Of a DNA stretch of 64,000 nucleotides, positions 41,891-51,152 are shown in pieces. The stretch lies in assembly GCA_958413765.1 (NCBI GenBank), contig CATYVH010000004.1, positions 38,672 to 102,671 of the forward strand. Direction: 5' to 3'. Below the pieces are notes generated by a model. That model searched no databases and was not told where the DNA came from. It saw only the letters and a list, made by a program, of their open reading frames with translations. The first letter of the stretch is position 1, and every line of letters begins with the position of its first letter. This DNA is from an uncultured Collinsella sp. (GTDB lineage Bacteria > Actinomycetota > Coriobacteriia > Coriobacteriales > Coriobacteriaceae). A program made the translations under genes and the position numbers.

Positions 41891-43246
41891 TTACTCGGCG
41901 TCCTTGGCGGTCTCGTCGACCTCGGTCACCTTGGCGTTCTCGACCAGGTGGTCGACGGCCTTGGAGCGACGGATGGACTCGCGGACGGCAGGCATGCGGC
42001 CATCGGCGATGAACTCAGCCTTGGAAGCCTCGACGTCCTTGACGCCGGCCTTCTCGAACTCGGCGTTGATGTCGTCCTCGGTGACCTCGATCTTGAGCTC
42101 ACGGGCGAGGGCGTCGAGCGCCAGGGACTCACGGGCAACGTCGTTGGCCTGCTTGTGCAGGTCGCCGATGAACTGCTCCATGGTCAGGCCGGAAGCGGGC
42201 AGCCAGGTGTCGAGGGTCATGCCGCGGGCAGCGAGGTTGGACAGGAAGTTCTGGCCAAGCTCCTCAAAGACAGACTGCTCGTAGTCGGCATCCATCTCGT
42301 CGAGCTGCAGGCGCTCGGCGAGAGCGGAGACGCAACGGTTCTCCTTCTCGGCCGGGAGGCGGGAAGCCTTGTCCTGCTCGATCTCGATCTTGATGGCGTC
42401 GCGCATAGCGTCGATGCTGTCGAAGCCAAAGTCAGACTTGACGAGCTCGTCGGTGAGCTCGGGGGTGTTGCGGACCTTGATGCCCTTGACGGTGACCTCG
42501 ACGGTGTGGGTCTCGGCCTCCTCGCCCTCCTCGGCCTCGTCGGTCCAGGTGACGGACTTGACGTCGTCAACGTTGGCGCCAATCAGAGCCTCGTTGAACT
42601 CGGCGGGGTTGCTGTCGCTACCGGCGATGAGCATACGGCCCTCGGCGGCAAAGTTGTCGGCGTTCTCGACGGCCTTGAGGTCGACGGTAACGTAGTCCTC
42701 GGACTCGACAGCGCGGCCCTCGACGTCCTCGAAGGTGGCACGGTAGTTGAGGAGCATCTCGACCTGGTTGTTGATCTCGGACTCGGTGACCTCCGCAGGG
42801 GGCATCTCGATCTCGACAGCGTCGAAGGAGGAGAGCTCAGCGGCGGGACGCAGGGAGAACTCGACGGTGTAGGTGTAGTCCTCGTGATCCTTGGCGAGGT
42901 CGAGCTCCTTGTAGTCACCGCTCTTGGTGGGGACGATGTCCAGCTCGTTGAGGACGGCGGGCTCGTTGGCGGCGATCAGGTCGTTGGTGGCCTGAGCGAG
43001 GGTAGCCTCGGCGCCAAGAGCGGAATCGATGACCGGACGGGGAGCCTTGCCGGCACGGAAGCCCGGGAAGCGGTACTTCTTGGCGGTGTCCTTGTAGGCC
43101 TTCTTGATCGCGGCGTCGACGTCGGCGGCCGGGATGGTGACCGTAGCGGTGAGCTTGGCGTCCTTGACGTCAGAAGCGGTGATGTTCAACACGTTCCTCC
43201 TCATACTGCCCAGCTTATCTGAGGTGCTGGTACCTTTATGCAACAA
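41891..43246 (-). CDS. tig: Trigger factor
   Basis: N-terminal ribosome-binding region with the FRAGKAPR signature (FRKGKVP in E. coli). FKBP-like middle domain. Likely start ATG 43204 (MRRNVLNITAS). Confidence 0.9.
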   Translation of the reverse strand: MLHKGTSTSDKLGSMRRNVLNITASDVKDAKLTATVTIPAADVDAAIKKAYKDTAKKYRFPGFRAGKAPRPVIDSALGAEATLAQATNDLIAANEPAVLNELDIVPTKSGDYKELDLAKDHEDYTYTVEFSLRPAAELSSFDAVEIEMPPAEVTESEINNQVEMLLNYRATFEDVEGRAVESEDYVTVDLKAVENADNFAAEGRMLIAGSDSNPAEFNEALIGANVDDVKSVTWTDEAEEGEEAETHTVEVTVKGIKVRNTPELTDELVKSDFGFDSIDAMRDAIKIEIEQDKASRLPAEKENRCVSALAERLQLDEMDADYEQSVFEELGQNFLSNLAARGMTLDTWLPASGLTMEQFIGDLHKQANDVARESLALDALARELKIEVTEDDINAEFEKAGVKDVEASKAEFIADGRMPAVRESIRRSKAVDHLVENAKVTEVDETAKDAE

Positions 43247-43280
43247 AGAGTCGCGACGGCCGAAGCCGACGCAGATGCGT

Positions 43281-43364
43281 TGGTGCGGGCGAAAGGACTC
43301 GAACCTTCACGGGAATCCCACCAGAACCTAAATCTGGCGCGTCTACCAATTCCGCCACGCCCGC
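43281..43364 (-). tRNA. tRNA-Leu (anticodon UAG), type II with long variable arm
   Basis: Minus strand: GCGGGCGTGGCGGAATTGGTAGACGCGCCAGATTTAGGTTCTGGTGGGATTCCCGTGAAGGTTCGAGTCCTTTCGCCCGCACCA. Anticodon loop TT-TAG-GT. CCA is encoded. Confidence 0.85.
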
Positions 43365-43448
43365 ATGAGCGCACAGACTAGGAATGATAGCAGATACGAA
43401 CGGCAAGCGCACGCACACGTTTTACAGGCTCACGACCTCACCACGAGT

Positions 43449-43476
43449 GCAAAAGGCGGGACGAGTTGCCCCGCCC
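43449..43476 (-). terminator. Rho-independent terminator downstream of the xdh-family gene
   Basis: Minus-strand reading: GGCGGGGCAACTCGTCCCGCC-TTTTGCAC. Confidence 0.6.
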
Positions 43477-43504
43477 CGCCCATTACGACTTGTTCGCCGA
43501 CCCG

Positions 43505-46336
43505 CTACTCCCCCAGCAGGGCCTTCTCGGGCGTGATCGGCAGCGAGCGGACCTGATGGCCGGTGGCGTGCGCCACGGCCGAGGCAACGGCGGCGAGCGG
43601 CGTGTTGATGACGACCTCGCCGATCGACTTGGCACCAAACGGGCCCGTCGGCTCGTAGCTCGGCTCAAAGGCCACGCGAATGCTGCCGATATCCAGGCGC
43701 GTGGGCAGCTTGTAGCTCATAAAGTTGCCGGTGCGCAGGCGGCCGCGATCGTCATGCTCGACAATCTCATAGAGCGCATGGCCGATACCCTGGGCAATGC
43801 CGCCCTCGGCCTGGACGCGCGCGAGTGCCTCGTTGATCACGGTACCGCAGTCGACGGCAGCCGCGTAGTCCACAACAGTCACCTTGCCGGTGGCCTTGTC
43901 GACCTCGACCTCGGCAATGCCGGCCATAAACGGCGGAGGCGAAACGGGCAGGCAGGCAGAGGCATGCGAGGTCAGCGCGTCGCCGCCCTCGATGTTCTTA
44001 ACGCACAGGTTGGCAAAGTCGCGCAGCGTGAGGTAACGGCCGCGCTCGCGGGCGGCGCGCTCGTCGGACAGGCGCACGTACTGACCGTCGAAGACCACGT
44101 CGGCGGCGTCAACGTCCCACATCTGGGCGGCCTTGGCGCAGATCTTCTCGCGCAGCTCGGCCGCGGCGTTCTTGGCTGCCAGACCCGTCACGTACGTGCC
44201 CGAGCTCGCATACGAGCCGGCGTCGAACGGCGACACGTCGGTATCCACGCCGCGCACCACGATCAGCGAGCTCTCCACGCCCAACTCCTCGGCGGCAATC
44301 TGCGCCAGAATCGTGTCGACGCCCATGCCGTTATCGGTGGCGCCGGTGCCGATGGTAATGAAGCCGTCCTCTTCCAGGCGCATGTCGATACCGGCGATAT
44401 CCACGTTGGAAATACCCGATCCCTGCATGGTGAGCGCACAGCCCAGAGCACGCACGCGGTCGCCCAGGTCAACGGCCAGCGGCTTGTCGCGCCAACCGAT
44501 CATGTCCATCGCGCGCAGCAGGCAGCGATCGAGTGCGCAGGCGTTGAGCTTCTCGTTGTAATACTGCGGCATGGTCTCGCCCTCGCGCACGATGTTTTTA
44601 AGGCGCAGGTCGGCGGGATCCATGTGCAGCATGTCGGCGAGCTCGTTAACGGCGCTCTCCACGGCAAACTGGCCCTGGGTGGCACCGTAGCCGCGATACG
44701 CGCCGCCGCGGTTGGTGTTGGTGTAGACGGCGTCCCACCTAAAGCGGCTCGCCTTCACATGGTTGTAGATGGGCAGGCTCTTGTGGCCCGATAGGCCGAT
44801 CGTAGTGGTGGCGTGCTCGCCGTACGCGCCCGCATTGGACAGCGTATGCAGATCGATGGCCGTGATGGTGCCGTCGTTCATGGCGCCCAGCTTAACGGTC
44901 ATCTGCATCTGGTGGCGCGAGTTGCCCGCAGTGATGGTCTCCTCGCGGGTGTAGCAGCAGTAGCTCGGACGGCCAGTCTGCTGAGTCACGAACGCAACGA
45001 AGATCTCGCAGCAGCCCGTCTGCTTGGAGCCAAAGCCGCCGCCGATGCGCGGTTTAATGACCTGCACCTGCGACTGCGGAATGTCGAGCGACTGCGCGAC
45101 CATGCGGCGCACGTGGAAGGGCACCTGCGTGGAGGAGGTCACCGAGATGCGGCCGAACGCGTCGGTCGTCGCGAAGGCGCGGAAGGTCTCCATGGGCGCG
45201 GTCTGCGTGGCCTGGCTGGTGTAGGTACGGGTGAAGACGATGTCGCTCTGGGCGAACGCCTCGTCCAGATCGCCATAATCGCTGGTACCGCTGCACACCA
45301 GGTTGCGAGCAACGTCGCCGCCCTGCGGGAACATAAAGGTCACGTCGCCCTCGGGGTGGACCACGATGTCGTTATCGAGTGCCTGGGTAAAGTCGAGCAG
45401 CGGCTCGAGCACCTCATAGTCGACCTTGATGAGCTTGAGCGCCTTGTCGGCGGCCTCCTCGGTCTCGGCGGCGACGATCGCCACCTCCTCGTTTTGATAG
45501 CGCACGAGGTTCTCGAGGATCAGGCGGTCGTAGGGACTCGGCTGCGGATAGCTCTGGCCGGCGATGGTAAAGCGGCGCTTGGGCACATCCTCGTAGGTGT
45601 AGACGCCCACGACGCCCTTCACCTTCAGGGCGCGCGACGTATCGATGGAGCGGATCTTGGCGCGGGCATAGGGGCTGCGCTTGAGCTTAACGATGAGCGC
45701 GCCGGCGGGCACCATATCGCCCGTGTAGACGGGACGGCCCTCGAGCAGGGCCTTCGAGTCCTTCTTGGGCTGCTTGTGGGTAATCTGCTTGTAGGTGACG
45801 CCGTCAGAGCTGGTGTTATTGACCGGCAGCTCGGGCATCTCGAAGCCCACCTGCACGCCGGACTCGTTAAGGAAGCGGACGATGGCGCGCAGCTGGCTCT
45901 CGTAGCCGCTGCAGCGGCAGAGGTTGCCAGCCAGCTGGCGCGAGAGCTCCTCGCGCGTGGCGACGAGGCTCGGGTCCTCCTTGGCGGCGCGGGCAAGCGC
46001 CAGCACGTTCATCATGAGGCCGGGGGCGCAAAAACCGCACTGCTCGGCACCTTCGGAAGCCATCGCACGGGCAAGCGCCTCGGACTCGGCCTTGAGGCCC
46101 TCAAGCGTGGTGATGGTGTGGCCCTCAACACGAGCGGCGGGAACCGAGCAGCTCAGCACCGGGTCGCCGTCGAGCCACACCGTGCACAGACCGCAGTTGG
46201 TGGTCTCGCAGGCGCAACGCACCGACGCGCAACCCTGCTCGCGCAAAAGCGCAAAGAGCATGGTATCGGGGGCAATCTGAACCTTGACCTTGCGACCGTT
46301 GAGCGTAAAGGAAAGATCGATGAGTTTGGCAGCCAT
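43505..46336 (-). CDS. Xanthine dehydrogenase / aldehyde oxidase family protein, fused [2Fe-2S] small subunit plus molybdopterin-binding large subunit
   Basis: N-terminal 2Fe-2S ferredoxin-like domain with CxxC clusters (CACETTNCGLCTV; CGFCAPG). About 750-aa Mo-binding region follows. 943 aa. Confidence 0.9.
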   Translation of the reverse strand: MAAKLIDLSFTLNGRKVKVQIAPDTMLFALLREQGCASVRCACETTNCGLCTVWLDGDPVLSCSVPAARVEGHTITTLEGLKAESEALARAMASEGAEQCGFCAPGLMMNVLALARAAKEDPSLVATREELSRQLAGNLCRCSGYESQLRAIVRFLNESGVQVGFEMPELPVNNTSSDGVTYKQITHKQPKKDSKALLEGRPVYTGDMVPAGALIVKLKRSPYARAKIRSIDTSRALKVKGVVGVYTYEDVPKRRFTIAGQSYPQPSPYDRLILENLVRYQNEEVAIVAAETEEAADKALKLIKVDYEVLEPLLDFTQALDNDIVVHPEGDVTFMFPQGGDVARNLVCSGTSDYGDLDEAFAQSDIVFTRTYTSQATQTAPMETFRAFATTDAFGRISVTSSTQVPFHVRRMVAQSLDIPQSQVQVIKPRIGGGFGSKQTGCCEIFVAFVTQQTGRPSYCCYTREETITAGNSRHQMQMTVKLGAMNDGTITAIDLHTLSNAGAYGEHATTTIGLSGHKSLPIYNHVKASRFRWDAVYTNTNRGGAYRGYGATQGQFAVESAVNELADMLHMDPADLRLKNIVREGETMPQYYNEKLNACALDRCLLRAMDMIGWRDKPLAVDLGDRVRALGCALTMQGSGISNVDIAGIDMRLEEDGFITIGTGATDNGMGVDTILAQIAAEELGVESSLIVVRGVDTDVSPFDAGSYASSGTYVTGLAAKNAAAELREKICAKAAQMWDVDAADVVFDGQYVRLSDERAARERGRYLTLRDFANLCVKNIEGGDALTSHASACLPVSPPPFMAGIAEVEVDKATGKVTVVDYAAAVDCGTVINEALARVQAEGGIAQGIGHALYEIVEHDDRGRLRTGNFMSYKLPTRLDIGSIRVAFEPSYEPTGPFGAKSIGEVVINTPLAAVASAVAHATGHQVRSLPITPEKALLGE

Positions 46337-47250
46337 TAGCGCACCTCGCTAGAATCGTCGCCGGGCACGCGGCGGCAGGAATACTCGTCCGTGGCGAACT
46401 TAGGGATCTGCACGCACTCGAGTTCGCGGGCAAGCGCGGCCGAAAGCTCGATGCCGGCGGCGCGGCGCACGGCCTGAATCGCCAGCGGCGCAGAGATGCG
46501 GCGGCGGTAGTCGGCCGAGCCCCAGAGGTTAGTGCCGTAGCTCAGCGCGCGTACGGACGCGGCCAGGGCGCGCAGCTCGTCCTCGGAAGGCTGCTCGGCG
46601 GTAAGGCCACATGCCTCGCCCTGCAGCAGGGTCGCGCGCAGCGGACGGGCGCCCACGGTGACATGCCAGGTGTTATCCCACCAGGCGGCGGTGACGTTGA
46701 GCGAGGGGAAGTCGGTCGCGGCCTTGCGCACGGCCTCATAACTCGCACGGTAGTCGTGCTTGACGACCACGACGTGCTCGATCACGTCGCGCACGTAGCC
46801 CATGTCAACGAACTCGGCGAGCGGCACGCGGCCGGCACCCGTCAGCTCAACATAGGAATCGAGCGCCAGGAACGCAGAGAGAACGTCCGAGAAGCCAAAG
46901 CGGCCGTAGATGCTGCCGCCCACCGTGGCGGTATTGCGCAGCTGCACGCCCACGATGTCGTGGACGGCGAACTCAAAGACATGGTTGACAAGCGCGTTGA
47001 GCTCGGCATGCCGCTCGAGCTGGCGCAGGGTACACATGGCACCGATGCGAAACTCGGTCTCGGTCTCCTCGATCTGATCAAGTCCACAGGCCGAAAGGTC
47101 AATCGCCGTCGCCACACGACGCGAACCCAGGCGCATCCAGATGCCGCCGCCCACAATCTTGTTGTTGCGGTTCTTCTGCAAGAGCTCATAGGCTTCGGCC
47201 GCGTTTCCAACACGGACGTAGGTACCGAACTTGAGCACGTTCTCCCCCAT
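46336..47250 (-). CDS. Xanthine dehydrogenase family FAD-binding subunit (CoxM/XdhB-like)
   Basis: FAD_binding_5 pattern KIVGGGIWM...LSA. 304 aa. 1-nt overlap with the downstream Mo subunit gene. Confidence 0.85.
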   Translation of the reverse strand: MGENVLKFGTYVRVGNAAEAYELLQKNRNNKIVGGGIWMRLGSRRVATAIDLSACGLDQIEETETEFRIGAMCTLRQLERHAELNALVNHVFEFAVHDIVGVQLRNTATVGGSIYGRFGFSDVLSAFLALDSYVELTGAGRVPLAEFVDMGYVRDVIEHVVVVKHDYRASYEAVRKAATDFPSLNVTAAWWDNTWHVTVGARPLRATLLQGEACGLTAEQPSEDELRALAASVRALSYGTNLWGSADYRRRISAPLAIQAVRRAAGIELSAALARELECVQIPKFATDEYSCRRVPGDDSSEVR

Positions 47251-47405
47251 CTCTTCACTTGTCCAGTACCTTTAAGTGTACCAAACGAGGGGGCACAGCT
47301 CATGTCGGGACAAAATGAACCGTTTTCCTCCGTCGCATGCGGATCAAAAAAGGCTCCAAGCCAAGATGACTGGGAGCCTTCAGCGATGCTATATCGAGCG
47401 AAGAT

Positions 47406-48761
47406 TTAGCAGACGCCCTGGGCGAGCATGGCGTCGGCGACCTTCAGGAAGCCGGCGATGTTGGCGCCCATGACAAAGTTGCCCTCCTGGCCATACTCCT
47501 TGGCGGTGTCGTCCACGTTGTGGAACATGCCGCGCATGAGCTGCTCGAGCTTGCCGTCGACCTCCTCGAAGGTCCAGGACAGGTGCTCGGCGTTCTGGCT
47601 CATCTCCAGGCCGGACACGAGCACGCCGCCGGCGTTGGCAGCCTTGCCGGGCATAAAGGCGACGCCGTTCTCCTGGAAGTAGGTCGTGGCCTCGATGGTC
47701 GTAGGCATGTTCGCGCCCTCGCCGACCACCTTGCAGCCGTTGGCGACGAGCGCCTGGGCGTCCTCGAGCAGCAGCGTGTTCTCGCGAGCGCAGGGCAGCG
47801 CGATGTCGCAGGGCAGCTGCCACACGCCACGGCCGTCGCCCTCGTGCCACACGGCGTTGGGCTTCTCGTCGACGTACATGGCGAGCGTGACGCCCTTGTC
47901 GTGGCCGGAGCGCTTCTTGTTGTAGACATGCTCGAGCACGGTGTAGTCGATGCCGTCGGGATCCTCGACCCAGCCGTGGGTGTCGGAGCAGGCCAGCACC
48001 TTGCCGCCGAGCTGCGCGACCTTCTGGACCGCGTAGATAGCGACGTTACCGGAGCCGTGAACGACGACGTTCTTGCCCTCGAAGGAATCGCCGCGGCTCT
48101 TGAGGTACTCGTCCACAAAGTAGACCAGGCCGTAGCCGGTGGCCTCGGTACGGGCGAGCGAGCCGCCAAAGGAGAGGCCCTTGCCGGTGAGGACGCCGGT
48201 CCACTCGTTGGTCAGGCGCTTGTACTGACCGAACATGTAGGCAACCTCGCGGCCGCCAACGCCCAGGTCGCCGGCGGGAACGTCGGTGTTGGGGCCGATG
48301 TGGCGATAGAGCTCGGTCATGAAGGACTGGCAGAAGTGCATGATCTCGTTGTTGGACTTGCCCTTGGGGTCAAAGTCGGAGCCGCCCTTGCCGCCGCCCA
48401 TGGGAAGGGTGGTCAGGCTGTTCTTGAGGATCTGCTCCAGGCCCAGGAACTTAAGCATGCCCAGGGTGACCGTCGGGTTAAAGCGCAGGCCGCCCTTGTA
48501 GGGTCCAATGGCAGAGTTGAACTCGACGCGGTAGCCGCGGTTGACCTGGACCTTGCCCTGGTCGTCGACCCAGGGAACACGGAACATGACGATGCGCTCG
48601 GGCTCGACGAGGCGCTCCAGCAGGGCGGCCTCCTCGTACTCCGGATGGGCGTCGAGCGCCGGCTGGATGGTGCCGAGGATCTCGGTCGCGGCCTGGATGA
48701 ACTCAGGCTGCTCGGGATAGCGGGCCTTGAGCTCGTCGAGAACTTTCTGCGTGTAGCTCAT
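47406..48761 (-). CDS. gdhA: NADP-specific glutamate dehydrogenase
   Basis: GGGKGG active-site region (LPMGGGKGGSDFDP). NAD(P)-binding GSGNVAIYA. Start ATG 48759-48761 (MSYTQKV...) with GGAGGAAG RBS. The longer ORF to 49142 is a spurious extension. Confidence 0.9.
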   Translation of the reverse strand: MSYTQKVLDELKARYPEQPEFIQAATEILGTIQPALDAHPEYEEAALLERLVEPERIVMFRVPWVDDQGKVQVNRGYRVEFNSAIGPYKGGLRFNPTVTLGMLKFLGLEQILKNSLTTLPMGGGKGGSDFDPKGKSNNEIMHFCQSFMTELYRHIGPNTDVPAGDLGVGGREVAYMFGQYKRLTNEWTGVLTGKGLSFGGSLARTEATGYGLVYFVDEYLKSRGDSFEGKNVVVHGSGNVAIYAVQKVAQLGGKVLACSDTHGWVEDPDGIDYTVLEHVYNKKRSGHDKGVTLAMYVDEKPNAVWHEGDGRGVWQLPCDIALPCARENTLLLEDAQALVANGCKVVGEGANMPTTIEATTYFQENGVAFMPGKAANAGGVLVSGLEMSQNAEHLSWTFEEVDGKLEQLMRGMFHNVDDTAKEYGQEGNFVMGANIAGFLKVADAMLAQGVC

Positions 48762-49023
48762 GCTTCCTCCAATTGATGGGAAAGAAAAATGTCGTTCGCG
48801 GCGCCCCATGCGCCGTGACTTTATCGAGTATGAATAATATCGCACTGTTGCAACAAAGTTACGAATAAGGCGACGAGCGGATGTTTCATTTTGATTACGA
48901 TGCAGGTAGATAGCTTTTTGACCGCCTGACGAGCAAATCGCGTGTTTCGAAGCTGTTTCCCGCACGTTTCGAAACCACCACAAAGGTGCCTGTCCCCAAT
49001 GTGGTGGTTTTGGCGAGATGCGT

Positions 49024-49120
49024 TGGCGGGAACGTATGTGAATCGAACACATCCAAGACGTTTTGCACGCCTCACAACGGTTTTGAGGACCGCGGGGCCC
49101 ACCGGAGCCCATCCGCTCCC
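49024..49120 (-). tRNA. selC: tRNA-Sec (selC), anticodon UCA
   Basis: Minus strand: GGGAGCGGATGGGCTCCGGTGGGCCCCGCGGTCCTCAAAACCGTTGTGAGGCGTGCAAAACGTCTTGGATGTGTTCGATTCACATACGTTCCCGCCA. 97 nt. Extended acceptor stem. Anticodon loop CC-TCA-AA. Long variable arm. Directly downstream of selB. Confidence 0.8.
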
Positions 49121-49181
49121 AAACGTGGCGGTATTTTACCAAACTAGCAGGGCGTCGTGGCGAACAGCGATACGGCAGCCC

Positions 49182-51152
49182 CTAACAAAGCGATCTTAGG
49201 CCGCCGGCTCCTTTGTCGAGCGTCGTAAAACGCACCGCATCCAGGTGCTCCAAGATGCTAATGGCTCGCTTGCGCGACACGCCCAGGGCCTCGCGCAGCA
49301 CACTCGTGGTGACAGCGCCGCCGGCAGCCTCGATAGCCGCCGCAACGACCTCGCGCGCCTGAGCCTCGGCGGCGGCGGACAAGGCAACGTCGCGCTCGAC
49401 CTTAACGATCGAGCGGTTGAGCGAAAGCTCGCGCAGGGCACGCGTCATGGTGTCGCGATCGAGTTGCAACTGCTGCCCCACCTCGGGAAGCGTCGGTGCA
49501 TCGAGGCCCGCCTCGTCCAGCAGGGCCGCGATGCGCCGGCCGGCCTCGCGCACCACACGTATCGCCGCAGCGGCGGAATGTGGGTCGTAGACCTCGGACC
49601 CCTCCTGGGCGCAGATGCCGCGCGCACAGCCCTCGAAGATGAGCGCAGACGCGACGTCTTCGCCCGCTTTCGGCCAGGCGACATGCGCAACCTCGCCCGG
49701 GGTGAAGCCCGTTTGCTTGGGCGCGGCCTTATGCATGACGACAAGCGTGTCGGCGAGGGCGGCAAGGGCGGCATCGAGCACAGCGGGGGCGGCATAGAGC
49801 TCCTCGGTCGAGCGCTCCGGATGGAGGGCGACCGCATCGCCCGACGCCACCGCGGCGTGCAGGAGCCTCGCGACTTCGGCACCGGAAAGGTCGAGCGCAC
49901 GGGCGGCAACGGCCGCCGGCACGGGCAGGCGCTGCAGCCCCAGCCATGCGGCAATGGCGGCGGCGCGGTCGCCGGCATCCAGAGCCCTGAGCAGCGAGAC
50001 CTCTTCCGCGGAGAGGTCGCGCGAGCGGCGGCACCGCGAAAGAAGAACGCAACCGCCGCCGATAAGTACCACCGGGGAGAACGCAAGCACGATGAGACCG
50101 TCGCCCGAGCGCACGGGAAGGCGCTCCTCCAGGCGGATTTGCACGGTACGCGTCTCGCCCGGGGCAATCGGCCCCGCGCCCTCCATGAGCATGATACGGC
50201 CGAGGACCTCTGCCGTGCCCACCATCACGTGGACGCGCGTGCCGGACTCGAAGGGCACGGGCTTGGCGCCCTCGCGCCCCAGATAGGTGAAGCGCGCGAT
50301 AAGCCTGAGCGTCGAGCCCTCGGCACCAGACCCGCAGAGGACCTCGCCGCGCGGAAGGTCGCCCGCGCCGTCGCCCACGATGTTGAGCGCCACGCGCTGT
50401 CCGGGCAACGCCCGAGGAGTATCGCCATGCACCTGAATCGCGCGAACGCGGCAGCGCACGCCCGCGGGACTCGAAACGAGCTCATCGCCCACCGCCACGG
50501 GGGCATCGTGAAGCGTGCCCGTGACGACCGTCCCGGATCCCTTGATGGTGAAGCAGCGGTCGATGGGCAGGCGCGGGGCCAGACAGGGGCGCACCGGGCG
50601 GGATGCGGCATCGGCCAGGAAAGAGTCGATAGCGGTATCGAGGGCAAGGCGAACGTCCTCGATACCCGCACCCGTGCGAGAGGAAACGGGCACCACGGGC
50701 GCATTGGCAAAGACGGTATCGCCGAGGAAATCCATCACGTCGAGCTCGGCGAGCTCCGCCGTCTCGTCATCGGCCAGATCGCGCATCGTAAGCGCAACGA
50801 CCATGTGCGTCACACCCAACAGCTCCAGTACGCGAACATGCTCGCGGGTCTGCGGCATCACGCCCTCAACGGCAGAAACCACCAGCAACGCAACATCCAC
50901 GCCGGTAGCACCCTGCACCATGGCGCGTAGGTAGTGGGCATGACCGGGTACATCGACCAGGCCGACAAGATTGCCGCTCGGCAGCACCAGCTCGCCAAAA
51001 CCGAGCTCCGTGGTCATACCGCGGCGCCGCTCGACCTCCAGACGGTCGGGATTTTTTCCGGTCAGCGCCTCGATAAGGGCTGACTTTCCGTGGTCGACGT
51101 GCCCCGCCGTTCCAATGACAACGGGACATTCGACAAGCTCGCGCGCAGTCAT
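49182..51152 (-). CDS. selB: Selenocysteine-specific translation elongation factor
   Basis: GTPase G1 VVIGTAGHVDHGKSAL. EF-Tu-like domains. C-terminal winged-helix SECIS-binding region. ATG 51150-51152 overlaps the selA TGA (ATGA coupling). Confidence 0.9.
   Translation of the reverse strand: MTARELVECPVVIGTAGHVDHGKSALIEALTGKNPDRLEVERRRGMTTELGFGELVLPSGNLVGLVDVPGHAHYLRAMVQGATGVDVALLVVSAVEGVMPQTREHVRVLELLGVTHMVVALTMRDLADDETAELAELDVMDFLGDTVFANAPVVPVSSRTGAGIEDVRLALDTAIDSFLADAASRPVRPCLAPRLPIDRCFTIKGSGTVVTGTLHDAPVAVGDELVSSPAGVRCRVRAIQVHGDTPRALPGQRVALNIVGDGAGDLPRGEVLCGSGAEGSTLRLIARFTYLGREGAKPVPFESGTRVHVMVGTAEVLGRIMLMEGAGPIAPGETRTVQIRLEERLPVRSGDGLIVLAFSPVVLIGGGCVLLSRCRRSRDLSAEEVSLLRALDAGDRAAAIAAWLGLQRLPVPAAVAARALDLSGAEVARLLHAAVASGDAVALHPERSTEELYAAPAVLDAALAALADTLVVMHKAAPKQTGFTPGEVAHVAWPKAGEDVASALIFEGCARGICAQEGSEVYDPHSAAAAIRVVREAGRRIAALLDEAGLDAPTLPEVGQQLQLDRDTMTRALRELSLNRSIVKVERDVALSAAAEAQAREVVAAAIEAAGGAVTTSVLREALGVSRKRAISILEHLDAVRFTTLDKGAGGLRSLC

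Noticed and set aside
47406-49142. Long N-terminal extensions of gdhA (to 49142), yedF (to 57948), focA (to 53762) and selB/selA
   Set aside because: Internal ATGs with RBSs align with the conserved N-termini of these families. The extensions are unconserved Arg/Ser-rich stretches. For gdhA the extension overlaps the tRNA-Sec.
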